Assembly: GCA_964637695.1 (NCBI GenBank)
Contig: CAZWVF010000015.1
Location: forward strand, 11,122-48,059
DNA: 36,938 nucleotides
Source: an uncultured Gemmatimonadota bacterium
GTDB taxonomy: Bacteria > Blakebacterota > Blakebacteria > Blakebacterales > Blakebacteraceae
Reading direction: 5' to 3'
Shown: piece by piece, positions 18,569-28,606 of the stretch
Layout of the letters: the number at the start of each line of letters is the position of its first letter
How positions within the stretch are numbered: position 1 is the first letter of the stretch
Made by a program: the position numbers and the translations under genes
The notes under the pieces: model-generated
What the model saw: the letters and a program-made list of their open reading frames with translations, nothing else
The model's database searches: none
What the model was told of the DNA's origin: nothing

Positions 18569-19339
18569 CTATTCGATCTGTTTCGAATCGGAAGGAGACA
18601 GGTCCATCAATAACTTTATCAGATCTATCGGAATCGGCAGGACAACAGTACTGCTCTTTTCGGTAGAGATCTCGGTGAGTGTCTGCAGGAACCTCAATTG
18701 GATCGCTGCGGGCTGTCTCTGCAGAACTTCAGCAGCTTCTGAAAGTTTGCCGGAGGCCTGCATCTCACCTTCGGCGTGTATGACCTTTGCGCGCCTCTCT
18801 CTTTCGGCCTCGGCCTGGCGGGCTATTGCACGCTGCATCTCATGTGGAAGATCAACGTGTTTTACCTCCACAAGACTCACTTTTATGCCCCACGGGTCGG
18901 TGTGTTCGTCGACGATCCTCTGAAGCTCGGAGTTGATTTTATCCCGCTCGGTGAGAAGTTCATCCAGTTCCGCCTGTCCCAGCACAGCCCTTAATGTTGT
19001 CTGAGCCAGTTGGCTGGTTGCATAGAGGTAATCCTCCACTTCCACGATGGCTTTGTTGGCATCGATCACTCTGAAGTAGAGAACGGCATTTACTTTAACA
19101 GAAACGTTATCTTTTGTTATGACGTCCTGTGGCGGAATGTCCATCGCGATCACCCGCAGGCCCACGCGCACCATCTTATCGACGAGGGGAATAAGCAGGA
19201 TCAGCCCCGGGCCCTTCAATCCTATCAGACGACCCAGTCGGAAGATCACGCCTCTTTCATATTCCCGCAGAACGCGTATCGCACTGGCAAGGATCACCGC
19301 CAGAACGATTATGATCGTAAAAAGATAGGTATCGAACAT
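18569..19339 (-). CDS. SPFH/band-7 stomatin-like protein (slipin)
   Basis: N-terminal TM segment followed by [38 protein letters not shown]...[21 protein letters not shown]. Confidence 0.85.
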   Translation of the reverse strand: MFDTYLFTIIIVLAVILASAIRVLREYERGVIFRLGRLIGLKGPGLILLIPLVDKMVRVGLRVIAMDIPPQDVITKDNVSVKVNAVLYFRVIDANKAIVEVEDYLYATSQLAQTTLRAVLGQAELDELLTERDKINSELQRIVDEHTDPWGIKVSLVEVKHVDLPHEMQRAIARQAEAERERRAKVIHAEGEMQASGKLSEAAEVLQRQPAAIQLRFLQTLTEISTEKSSTVVLPIPIDLIKLLMDLSPSDSKQIE

Positions 19340-19367
19340 GTCAGGTTTCCCTTCTAAGGTTCCGGCC

Positions 19368-20752
19368 TCAGGTTGCGGCCTGGTCTGACTGATCCTGTGG
19401 ACTGAAATGACCCTGCTGAGCCGGCCTCACAAGAATTCTCAGGCCGGCTACCTTTAATACCTCCACACAGGTGCCGGCTTCTATCGCGTCACCCGTGGAA
19501 CTCTCTGCGTTCCAGAATTCACCATGGACCGCCACAGTTCCCCTCGGATCGAGGGTGGTGTGCGCTTCTCCGATTTCTCCCAGCAGTCCTTCTTTTCCGG
19601 TCGTCACCCTCCTGCGCTGAGCTCTGATACCCATCCCTACGGCAAATCCAAAGAAGAGTGCCGTTACGATAACAGCACTGATGATGATACCGAGTGAGAC
19701 ACGCATTGCGGGATCAACCGTATCGAACAGCATCAAAGATCCAAGCAGCATTGAGATAATCCCTCCGATGGTCAGAATTCCGTATGAGGGCACTTTCACT
19801 TCCAGTATGAAGAGAATGATTGCGAGCACGATGAGGGCCAGCCCCGCCACATTCAGGGGCAGGGTCTGGAATGACATGAAGGCCAGGAGCAGGCAGATGA
19901 CTCCCACGACACCGGGGAAGATCGCTCCGGGATTCTGCAGCTCGAAGATCAGGCCGTAGATACCCAGCATCATGAAGATGTAGGCGATATTGGGATCGGC
20001 CAGCATTCCCAGCAGCTTCTCCCTGCGATTGATCGGCATCGGTTCGATCACTGCACCGGCCGTATTCAAAGCGTGCTCGCCGTCAGGCAGATCAACCGTC
20101 CAGCCGTGAACAGCTTCCAGGAGTTCCTCGACCGATTTCGCAGTCAGATCCACTATATTCTGCGCAACCGCCTCTTCTGCGGTCGCAGACACACTCCTGC
20201 GAACGGCCTCTTCGGCCCACTCTTCATTACGATTGCGCTGTTTGGCCAGCCCGCGGGCATAGGCGGCGGCATCATTCTCTATCTTTTCGACCATCGTTGA
20301 ATCCATCTGGCCGCCGATTGCCACCGGGTGGGCTGCCCCGATGTTGGTTCCCGGTGTCATTGCGGCAATATGTGCCGCCATCGTTATGAATACGCCGGCA
20401 GAAGCGGCCCTGGCTCCGCTGGGATGCACATATACGATCACGGGCAGATCGGAGGCCAGAAAATCCTTGATGATTTCCCGCATCGCCATATCGAGACCGC
20501 CCGGTGTCTCCAGTTCGATTAGCAGAGCATCAGCGCCGCGTTCGGAAGCCTCTTCCAGAAGCCTGCTGATATAGCTTGTGGTAACGGGATTGATCGTTCC
20601 CTCCCAGCGACCGTGCACGACAAGAGGAGCAGATGTCCGGGTTAAGACCTCTTGAGCCGAGGTGAATGGGATGCCGGCCATGAGAAGGAGCGGGATCAGG
20701 AAAGAGAGCGGGATAATGAACATCCTGCCTGAACCGGGACGACCTGTCATCA
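19368..20752 (-). CDS. nfeD: NfeD-family membrane-bound serine protease (ClpP-class), operon partner of the SPFH gene. The ORF is open to 20870, but the likely start is ATG at 20752 with RBS AGGTGGA.
   Basis: Signal/TM segment [24 protein letters not shown], ClpP-like domain (ELETPGG...[17 protein letters not shown]), multi-TM middle region and a C-terminal OB-fold. Lies immediately upstream of, and co-directional with, the SPFH gene. Confidence 0.8.
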
Positions 20753-21248
20753 TAATCCACCTGGTTATCGCGAGCCATGATACATCCGAATAGAATGAAT
20801 CTACTGCCGTAACGGGCTGCGAGTCAACGTGCGAAGACCTGCCGCTGATACTCCTGCAGGAAGGATCCATTAATGGCGAAGAAAGCCCTGGAAGTGAATG
20901 TTATCAGTTATTTATGCAAACGGGAACCGATCAGAGGAAAAAATATATTTTCAAAAAGTAACATTTTAATATGGACAAGTTGTATTTATATATTTACACT
21001 CTGCGCCGCTCAATACCATTTAAACAGGCAAAAAACAGGGGTAGTAAAGAAGAATTAACAGTAATTAACAGCTTAGCATTGATAACGATACTAACCAAGG
21101 CAGCACAAGGGATTGTGAATCGTTAAATAGTTTTAACACATATACGGGGCTACTTTGTCAATATTAAGGTAGTATCCTGTAAGTCGTTGAAATATTGATA
21201 GTTAGACATAATTTAATCGCGATCGTCCAGGGAGCGCGGTAAAGATAA
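20753..21248. promoter_or_regulatory. ~0.5 kb AT-rich divergent intergenic region between nfeD (-) and the pilus operon (+)
   Basis: Base composition is visibly far more AT-rich than the flanks. No credible ORF; the 61-aa ORF at 20873-21058 is low-complexity and AT-driven. Confidence 0.4.
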
Positions 21249-21845
21249 ATGTCAAAGCTGTATTACAACATGCGGCGCCTGAGCAGGAACTCCACCGGCT
21301 TTACATTGCTGGAGATCCTTATCGTTATAGCTCTGGGTGGGGTCATTATATCTCTGAGTATTCCAAATTTCAATAAAGTGATACCCGAAATGAGGGTCAT
21401 CAGGGCCGCACAGAAGCTCGCAACAGATATCAAACTCGCACAGCAGAAAGCTATTGGAGAGATGTCTGTTGTCAATTTCCACGTCGAGATAAATCAAAAC
21501 AGATACTTTGCCATGGTGCGCGATAGAAACTCACCAGTGAAAGCTTCAGAAGATTCTTTCTGGTGGCGTGACTACTACGATGATTATGTGGACGATCCGC
21601 TGAACAGCGGGGCTTATCTTCTCGTCGATTTCGATGAGCAGTCGAGCAGGTTCAAAGGTGCTCAGATAACCTCGATTAATGCAGGCTTCTATGCTGTCAG
21701 CACCTATGGCTTTTATCTGAGTCCCCTGGGGGATCTGCGCTGGCCCTTTACCAATACGACTATAACTATTACGGATCCTGCTTCCGGATACAGCCGTCAG
21801 GTTCAGATCTCCTATCCGATGGCAAAAGTCACAGTGCTGCCATGA
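21249..21845 (+). CDS. Prepilin-type minor pseudopilin, GspH/FimT-like
   Basis: Class III signal MRRLSRNSTG|FTLLEILIVIAL with E5. RAAQKLATDIKLAQQKAI is typical of GspH/FimT. Confidence 0.75.
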   Translation: MSKLYYNMRRLSRNSTGFTLLEILIVIALGGVIISLSIPNFNKVIPEMRVIRAAQKLATDIKLAQQKAIGEMSVVNFHVEINQNRYFAMVRDRNSPVKASEDSFWWRDYYDDYVDDPLNSGAYLLVDFDEQSSRFKGAQITSINAGFYAVSTYGFYLSPLGDLRWPFTNTTITITDPASGYSRQVQISYPMAKVTVLP

Positions 21846-22294
21846 TCCGGCGTATTTCTGATAATTCAGGTTTCACTTTTGTGGAACTGATGATAACGCT
21901 GATGTTCCTCTCAATAGCGATGCTTGCGGTCAGCAGCCAGTTCCCACTAGGGCTCAAAGTCAGCGAAAGCGCAGAAGATATTACTCTGGAAACGAACCTG
22001 GCCCAGGAGCTCCTCGAAGAGATCCGTACCGTACCGTGGAATCTGATCGATGGTATTTATGATGGTTTGAGCGAGAATCCGCCTCATAACATGGATGATC
22101 TTCCGATGAACGGTCAGGGCGGCAGGCCCAATTACAGCATCTACAGGCGGAACACCGTTATCTCGTATGCCGACCCCGTAACCCTCGACACAACATCCAC
22201 GCCTACATCACTGAAGCGCATAGAGGTCAGCGTTACAAATATCCGGTCGGATCTCAGCATATCTATAGTCCTTTACAGGGCGGATCTGCCGTGA
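21842..22294 (+). CDS. Prepilin-type minor pseudopilin, GspI/PilV-like
   Basis: MIRRISDNSG|FTFVELMITLMFLSIAML. Small (150 aa). ATGA overlap with the upstream gene. Confidence 0.65.
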   Translation: MIRRISDNSGFTFVELMITLMFLSIAMLAVSSQFPLGLKVSESAEDITLETNLAQELLEEIRTVPWNLIDGIYDGLSENPPHNMDDLPMNGQGGRPNYSIYRRNTVISYADPVTLDTTSTPTSLKRIEVSVTNIRSDLSISIVLYRADLP

Positions 22295-22878
22295 ATGTGC
22301 GTTCGCGCATAAGAGGTGATCAAAAGGGATTGACCCTGATCGAGTTCATGATGGCCATCGCCATTGCCGGTGTGATCTTCATGGTGCTCTACTCACTTTT
22401 GGATTTTGCATTGGCAAGTTACAATCTGGGGCAACTGCGCTCCAGAGCGGTACAACACGGCCGTATTACAACCATGAGGATAATTAATGACCTGAAATAT
22501 GCAGAAGATATCTATATAGCAGATGATGATCGTGTTTATCTAAGAAGTCCGACTGAAGGTGATACATCCTCACATACTGTGGATTATCGGTCTCAAGCTC
22601 AAAAATATCATAATGTAGAATACCGGTTTTACCCGGGTACTCAGACTATAACCAGAAACGTATCGGATATACCTGGTGCCGGAGAACAGACGTTCATGGA
22701 AGGAGTTGCATCATTTTCCCTGACTTACAGGGATGCAGGCAACTTTCAACTGACTGTTCCAGTAACCGAACCATACAAAATCCGCTACATCGAAATAGAT
22801 ATCAGACTTCAGGAAGATGAATATGAAATAGCCTTGCACAACCTTGCAGTTCTTGCCAATCCACTCCCCATTCCATGA
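22291..22878 (+). CDS. Prepilin-type minor pseudopilin, GspJ/PilW-like
   Basis: G|LTLIEFMMAIAIAGVIF with E5. Overlaps both neighbours. Confidence 0.6.
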   Translation: MNVRSRIRGDQKGLTLIEFMMAIAIAGVIFMVLYSLLDFALASYNLGQLRSRAVQHGRITTMRIINDLKYAEDIYIADDDRVYLRSPTEGDTSSHTVDYRSQAQKYHNVEYRFYPGTQTITRNVSDIPGAGEQTFMEGVASFSLTYRDAGNFQLTVPVTEPYKIRYIEIDIRLQEDEYEIALHNLAVLANPLPIP

Positions 22879-24152
22879 TGAGCACAATCACATTGAAGAA
22901 TGAGAATGGTCTGGCTCTGATGGGAAGCCTCCTGCTCGTATCAATGCTGGCGGTGATGAGTACTACTTTCCTGCTTATCATGGCTGCTGATGTCAGAATT
23001 GCCCAGAGCCATTACAGCAGTATTCAGGCCTACTATATGGCCGTAAGCGCAGCTGAAATCGTGGCATATAGAATATCCAACGATCCTTCGCTTGTTCTCA
23101 ATGCATCTCCGAATGATACGGTTATCAGCGGGATAATTGATGAAGGTGAATTTTACGTTTTCTCTCAACCCCTGATTCCAGCCGTTGACAACAGAAGAGA
23201 ATTGAGAATAAGAGCAATCAGTGGGAGAGCCTGGCATGATCTCTACATTGATATTCTCGTTCCAACTCAAGACCCCCGCACTCTGTACCCAATCGTTTCA
23301 TGGAACAATCTGATCCTTAAAGCCAACTGCCAGGTCACTGGCGGCGAAGGAGTCTGGTCGATAGGGAATTATCCTGAAGTGAACAAAGACTTCCAGTTCG
23401 ACAGCCCTTCTGCCGGCAGCGGGATTCTATATACAAGTGGATCTGCAGACTGGGTGACCGGGGGTGTTGCTCCCGAATTGACTGGTGTGCTCGAGCTATA
23501 TACCAATTACCCTTCCATCTATTTAGCGGACGATCCGTTCCCGACCGTTGACAGTTATTTCCCACAGATTCTGCACGATGAGACCGGTGAGTATCCCTAT
23601 TACATCACGGGAGATCCCAACAAGTACAACGCGACCAAGATACCCAGCAGAGATGTATCAGGTTCGCTTCCTCCAACAGGAGGCGGCAATCCCATGAATA
23701 TCTATGTCTGGGATTACGATGGTGGGGAAGGGAAGTGGACCGGCAACTTCACAATCGATGGTACGCTGGTGTGTCCGGGGACAGGTAAAATCAAATTCGA
23801 GAACGGGAATGTAACCATAACACCACGCACTACCGGTACATTTCCGGATGAGTTTTACCCGGCGATCATTGCCAAAGGCGAGATCGAGATTAGAGGTTGG
23901 GGAACCAGAACGTTCAATGGTCTCGTTTATTCACAAAAGAGATTCGACAGTGATCCGGTGGGTGGATCTCTTTTAGTTTCAGGTGCTGTTATCGCCCGTG
24001 ATGTTGAGCTGAAAAGAAATTCTGTAATTCAGTACAATACTTTGCTGCAGACGAAACCTGCGGCGGCATTCGCGTCAAACGATTACCACAAATACCCGAC
24101 TCTCAACCTCCATCGCAGGCGGTTCATAGACACGCCGCCGCTGCCACCGTGA
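22875..24152 (+). CDS. GspK/PilX-like large minor pseudopilin (no E5)
   Basis: NENG|LALMGSLLLVSMLAVMSTTFLLIMAADVRIAQSHYSSIQAYYMAVSAAE. Its size (425 aa) and lack of Glu5 are typical of GspK/PilX. Confidence 0.6.
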   Translation: MMSTITLKNENGLALMGSLLLVSMLAVMSTTFLLIMAADVRIAQSHYSSIQAYYMAVSAAEIVAYRISNDPSLVLNASPNDTVISGIIDEGEFYVFSQPLIPAVDNRRELRIRAISGRAWHDLYIDILVPTQDPRTLYPIVSWNNLILKANCQVTGGEGVWSIGNYPEVNKDFQFDSPSAGSGILYTSGSADWVTGGVAPELTGVLELYTNYPSIYLADDPFPTVDSYFPQILHDETGEYPYYITGDPNKYNATKIPSRDVSGSLPPTGGGNPMNIYVWDYDGGEGKWTGNFTIDGTLVCPGTGKIKFENGNVTITPRTTGTFPDEFYPAIIAKGEIEIRGWGTRTFNGLVYSQKRFDSDPVGGSLLVSGAVIARDVELKRNSVIQYNTLLQTKPAAAFASNDYHKYPTLNLHRRRFIDTPPLPP

Positions 24153-24153
24153 T

Positions 24154-25248
24154 ATGAAACTGTCGTCTGCCAGAGGAAAGTCTTCCAGGGCCGTGGGTCT
24201 CTCAATAGAGGGCGATACTCTCAAGTATGCCGAGCTGCAGCCTATGGGAGGTGGACGGTGGAGGATCGGGGTGTGGGGTTCCAGACAATTTGGAGCAGTA
24301 CAGGAAGCCGGCCTTCCTGAGGATGATGCGGCTCCAACTGAAATCGAGGCAGAATCCGCGGAAGCTGTTGTAAGCGGCGGACCGCTGAGACAGCCATGGA
24401 CGCTCGGCGTGCTGAACAAACTGAAAAAGTACCCTGTGTATGCCTCCCTCGCCGACCGGGATGTCCTGATGAAATTCATCACACTTCCGGTGCTGAGCGA
24501 GATGGAAGTGGCACGCATGGTCGAAATGCGATATCGAGAATACCTTCCGATGCCCAGAGCAGAGATCGTATACGATTTCTCCGTTATCAGGTTTTCTCAC
24601 AGCAAGGAGGAGGCCAATAAGGAAGGCGACGAAGCGGGATCATCCGTTACGCCCAATTCAGGTGAAGATGAACTGCGAGTCACGGTCATGGGGCTTGAGA
24701 AGGGGGCCTATCTGGGATTCAAGGAAGCTTTTACCAGCCAGGGAGTCCTTATCAGGAGCATCGAGACAAATCAGTGCGCCCTGACCAGGGGGTGCAATTT
24801 CCTCCTCGGTCCCGAACATTCCGGCACGTATGCAGTACTCTATCTGAACGATACCTACAGCATGGTCAATTTCGTCGTAGACCGCGGTCTCTACTACAGC
24901 AGGCTGCTTGAGCACGGCCTGCAGTCACTGACTCCCGATGAATCGGGCAAGCGCCGGGCAGAAAGGCTTCTGCGTGAGCTTTACAGGTCTGTTGATTTCT
25001 TCAGCGTTGAATCGCGCGGCATTCCCATCGAAACACTCTATCTCGCCAACGGCGGAGTAACACCCGACACTGGTGTTACCCGCCGGATCCAGCGATTCCT
25101 GGGTGAAAGTCTCGCCGTGGAAGTTGTGTCCCTGAAGGAGGTAGTCGATGCGGATGAACGCATAGTCCTGCCCTCAGGAACGGTTGCCGGAACACTTGTA
25201 CTGCCGATTGGACTGGCATTGCGTCACAGCCGGGCTGGAGGTCACTGA
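24154..25248 (+). CDS. pilM: PilM-like actin-fold pilus assembly protein
   Basis: Cytoplasmic, no TM segment. AVGLSIEGDTLKYAEL is a PilM-type start, and the gene is followed by PilN/O/P-like genes. Confidence 0.65.
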   Translation: MKLSSARGKSSRAVGLSIEGDTLKYAELQPMGGGRWRIGVWGSRQFGAVQEAGLPEDDAAPTEIEAESAEAVVSGGPLRQPWTLGVLNKLKKYPVYASLADRDVLMKFITLPVLSEMEVARMVEMRYREYLPMPRAEIVYDFSVIRFSHSKEEANKEGDEAGSSVTPNSGEDELRVTVMGLEKGAYLGFKEAFTSQGVLIRSIETNQCALTRGCNFLLGPEHSGTYAVLYLNDTYSMVNFVVDRGLYYSRLLEHGLQSLTPDESGKRRAERLLRELYRSVDFFSVESRGIPIETLYLANGGVTPDTGVTRRIQRFLGESLAVEVVSLKEVVDADERIVLPSGTVAGTLVLPIGLALRHSRAGGH

Positions 25249-25916
25249 TGCCGGTGGCAAAGGTGATCAGGACAGCCAACTTCGCATTCCCTTATTCGGA
25301 GAGGGACCAGTTCTACTCTCCCAGAACTGTCCAGATGATGGTAGCGGTGAGCAGCCTGATGGTACTGGCACTTGTGCTGCTGCCGTTCCACCTGAAGCGT
25401 CTTGAGCAGGGTGAATACCTGAATAGGGCCGAAACGACCAGCATTACCGATGCAATGAGACTTCAGGTTGATCAGGCTGCACCTCTTCTTGCGCGCAAAG
25501 CGACACTCGACAGTATCAAGACCGATCTGGAAACCCGTATCAACATGCACAGGAACATCGAGAACATCGACTATGCCGTGGACCGGCTCCTTCTTCACCT
25601 TGCAGAACTTGTACCCGACGGGATCATACTGACCTATGTGGAGATGCGACCGCCGACGCGCAGTGAATCCGGAAGGCCGGGATTGACCAGGACTGCAGCC
25701 GGCCTTCCTGAAGAGCTGCAGTCGGCTTTCACACTTTCAATGGAGGGTACCGCACGCAACGCAGAGACCCTCTCCCGTTTCCAGCGTTCGATGGAGAATT
25801 CTCCCCTCTTCTACAAGCCGGAACAGAGTTTCAACATTCTGGGCAGCGGTCTCTCCTTCAGGATCTCTACACGACTGTGGGGTTCCGGTGCCGCGCTTGA
25901 AGGAGGGGGTTCCTGA
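25248..25916 (+). CDS. pilN: PilN-like bitopic inner-membrane protein
   Basis: Single TM segment (MMVAVSSLMVLALVLLPF) after a short cytoplasmic N-terminus, then a coiled-coil and periplasmic domain. TGATG overlap with pilM. Confidence 0.55.
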   Translation: MPVAKVIRTANFAFPYSERDQFYSPRTVQMMVAVSSLMVLALVLLPFHLKRLEQGEYLNRAETTSITDAMRLQVDQAAPLLARKATLDSIKTDLETRINMHRNIENIDYAVDRLLLHLAELVPDGIILTYVEMRPPTRSESGRPGLTRTAAGLPEELQSAFTLSMEGTARNAETLSRFQRSMENSPLFYKPEQSFNILGSGLSFRISTRLWGSGAALEGGGS

Positions 25917-26566
25917 TGATAGAGATACTGTCGCGCCCCATGCCCAAGAAGCAGATCGGCAGGTTGTTGATGGTCGATCTGGTTGTGATCTTTGTCCTTC
26001 TGGTCCTTCCTGTGCGAACAAGCTGGAGCAGTTATGTCAGAGCCAGGAATGCATTCAAGGAACAGGTAACGGTCCAGGGAGAATATGCAATGCGTCTCGG
26101 ACAGGCCCGCCAGGCTGTAAAACAGCGGCCTGTAGTGCTGGGAGAGATACGAGGTGTCATGGCTCTGCTCACGGAGGGAGAGCAGCGTCTCAGGCCGCCT
26201 TCAGATGCTGCTGCGATCCTGGAAGAGATGCGCGATCTGGTTCTCGGACGAGGCGTAACCCTGCTCAACCTCACCCAGCAGGAACCGAGAATCGAGGCAA
26301 GCTATCAGGTGCAGCAGATAGTGTTGAGTGTCCAGGGAACCTTCAACGAACTGCTACGGCTCATGCATGCCATCCGGCACCAGGAGACATTCCTGATTAC
26401 CAACAGGATGAGCCTGCAGGTAGCCGTGCCCGATGATCGTAATCCACGACTTACACTCGATGCCAACATCAGAACCGTTCTGGTTGAGAATCTGATCACT
26501 TTCAGCGAGATATCCAGGATGCTGGGCGATTCCACCCTGACGGCGAGCGAGGGGTACGATGAGTAA
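25916..26566 (+). CDS. pilO: PilO-like (GspM-like) bitopic protein
   Basis: TM segment LLMVDLVVIFVLLVLPV, then a coiled-coil. Position in the M-N-O-P-Q series. Confidence 0.5.
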   Translation: MIEILSRPMPKKQIGRLLMVDLVVIFVLLVLPVRTSWSSYVRARNAFKEQVTVQGEYAMRLGQARQAVKQRPVVLGEIRGVMALLTEGEQRLRPPSDAAAILEEMRDLVLGRGVTLLNLTQQEPRIEASYQVQQIVLSVQGTFNELLRLMHAIRHQETFLITNRMSLQVAVPDDRNPRLTLDANIRTVLVENLITFSEISRMLGDSTLTASEGYDE

Positions 26567-27185
26567 GACCCAGCGCGAATTGCTGATGCTGGCCGGGATA
26601 CTGGTGTTCCTGGGCGGGATCCTCTATATCAGACTGAGTGGTGGAGGGGAGTCATCGCGTCCTTCAACCATGCCCGCCCCGGGAAGCCGGACTCAGACTG
26701 CCTCACGGCCTGTAGGGACTGCGCCAGGTACGATGACACCCGGTGGTGAGGGCCTGCAGTCTCAATCGGCACTGGCCTTCTTCGAGCCGGGGCTGACCGA
26801 CAGTGCAGTAACGGCACGGATCTTCAGCAGCTCCGTTGGCAATCCATTTGCCAGGTACCGTGGAGGTCAAACCCGCCCGACCCGACCATCGACACGTCCG
26901 CAGCGACAGCAACCCCCAACTCCACTGACAAGACGGGTTGAATATCTGGATGACTGGCCGCCTCAGATCACCTATCAGGGTGTTTTTCCTGTGGCCGACT
27001 CGCCCGGAGTTTTCAGGGCCCGGTTCAATGGCAGGAACGTGCAGGTGGGGGAGAAAATCGCTCCAACCGAATATGTGCTGGTTGAAGCCAGTCCGCTGCT
27101 GGTTCAGATCAGGTGGGAAGACCGGAGAAGGAATACTATCTGGATCTTCCGATACCTGAGGCAACAGCCTGTTCCGGATCTTTGA
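26559..27185 (+). CDS. pilP: PilP-like / GspC-like protein with a Pro/Thr-rich linker
   Basis: TM segment LLMLAGILVFLGGILYI, Pro-rich low-complexity region, and a C-terminal beta domain. Lies immediately upstream of the secretin. Confidence 0.45.
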   Translation: MSKTQRELLMLAGILVFLGGILYIRLSGGGESSRPSTMPAPGSRTQTASRPVGTAPGTMTPGGEGLQSQSALAFFEPGLTDSAVTARIFSSSVGNPFARYRGGQTRPTRPSTRPQRQQPPTPLTRRVEYLDDWPPQITYQGVFPVADSPGVFRARFNGRNVQVGEKIAPTEYVLVEASPLLVQIRWEDRRRNTIWIFRYLRQQPVPDL

Positions 27186-27211
27186 TGAAGTCCGGAAGAG
27201 AAGGAGTGAAC

Positions 27212-28606
27212 ATGCGAAGATGGCAGATGACAGCCGCTTTGTTGCTGGCACTGCCGGGCATTCTCCTGTCGCCCGGCATTACTCAGGCTCAGGTCGTTGA
27301 CATCAATCAGCTTGTGATCCCGGAGTTGAGGATCCAGGGAGAATCCCTGCAGAGTGCTCTTTTCGCGATCATCGAGGGTACCGGTCTGAGCCATGTTATT
27401 CCCCGATTCGGTACCGCTCAGGACTCCGTTCAGATCAGCAGTCTGGTGCTGCAGAATGTTACGGTGGCCGATGCACTCCGTGAAGTTCTCGAGCCGCAGG
27501 GACTGACCTATCGTCAGGAGGGTAACTTCCTCCGGATCATACCGAACATCGAGTCGCGGGTGATCTATTTCCGTTATCTGGCTTCCCGTTTCGCCACGAG
27601 TGCGGGCGGCATGGGTGGTCAGGGTGGTACGGGTGGTGCCGCAGCAGCTATCGGTGGTGGTGCCGCTGCTGGTGCTGCAGGTGCAGCAGGCGGGATGATG
27701 GGAGCACAGCAGTTCGAAGAGCAGTTGAAGGAACTGCTGACCACCGATGCGACCCTCCGAATAGATGTGGAAAGCCACACGATCTTCGTTGAGGATCTGG
27801 CTCCCAATGTAGAGCGGCTGACCCAGTATATCGAATTGATCGATGTACCTCCGCGTCAGGTGGAGATCGAGGTCCGGCTTGTAGAATTGGTGCGCACCGA
27901 AGACACAACTACAGGTCTCGACTATCGGCTGGCGCTGACCGGCAGTCCCGATATCGAGAGTGTTATCACAGAGCTTCCCGGTCTGAGTTCAGGGGGATTT
28001 CTGCTCGACCTTCAGGGTTTCGCACTCGGCGGTCTCTATGGCGGCAATCTGGATCTTGATGCTGCTATTCGCGCTCTGGCCACCGTATCCGATGCCAACG
28101 TTCTGAGCCGCCCGACAACCGTTGTACTCGACCGCCGATCCGCAGTCATAAACATGACCGACCAGATACCATACACTGAGGCTATTTTCGGTCAGGGAGT
28201 AACGACGGCGACAACATCGTTCCGTGACGTGGGAATACGACTTACCGTGACGCCCACGATCCTCGATTCCACTACGGTGCAGATCCAGGTGAACGTGGAG
28301 TTCTCCACTGCACCCACACTGACAGCCGAAGGTGTGCCGGTCATATCCACACGGAACGCCACCGCAACGGTCATGGTCAAGGATGGTGAGATATTCGTCA
28401 TGGCCGGTCTGATAAGGGAGGAAGAGACTCTGACCGAAACCGGAATACCAATTCTGAGTAAAATCCCGATTATCAAGTACCTCTTCACAAGTACGGTTAA
28501 AAGGAAGGAGAAGCGAGAACTGTTGATCTTTGTCGAACCGAAGATAATCCTGGCAGGTCAAACCTCTGAACCGCCCTTTGAGATTCCACCAGGAGGCGGT
28601 CAATGA
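27212..28606 (+). CDS. pilQ: Secretin (PilQ/GspD family), compact form
   Basis: Start chosen at ATG 27212 because of RBS AAGGAG and signal peptide MRRWQMTAALLLALPGILLSPGITQAQ; the ORF is open from 27113 but overlaps pilP. Has an N0-like domain and the C-terminal secretin domain (ANVLSRPTTVVLDRRSAVINMTDQIPY...GIRLTVTPTI...VMVKDGEIFVMAGLIREEE...IPILSKIPIIKYLF). A Gly/Ala-rich insert lies at about 27600-27710. Confidence 0.85.
   Translation: MRRWQMTAALLLALPGILLSPGITQAQVVDINQLVIPELRIQGESLQSALFAIIEGTGLSHVIPRFGTAQDSVQISSLVLQNVTVADALREVLEPQGLTYRQEGNFLRIIPNIESRVIYFRYLASRFATSAGGMGGQGGTGGAAAAIGGGAAAGAAGAAGGMMGAQQFEEQLKELLTTDATLRIDVESHTIFVEDLAPNVERLTQYIELIDVPPRQVEIEVRLVELVRTEDTTTGLDYRLALTGSPDIESVITELPGLSSGGFLLDLQGFALGGLYGGNLDLDAAIRALATVSDANVLSRPTTVVLDRRSAVINMTDQIPYTEAIFGQGVTTATTSFRDVGIRLTVTPTILDSTTVQIQVNVEFSTAPTLTAEGVPVISTRNATATVMVKDGEIFVMAGLIREEETLTETGIPILSKIPIIKYLFTSTVKRKEKRELLIFVEPKIILAGQTSEPPFEIPPGGGQ

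Noticed and set aside
20873-21058. 61-aa ORF in the AT-rich intergenic region
   Set aside because: It lies in AT-rich spacer DNA, has a low-complexity Lys/Ile-rich translation and no RBS. It is more likely non-coding regulatory sequence.
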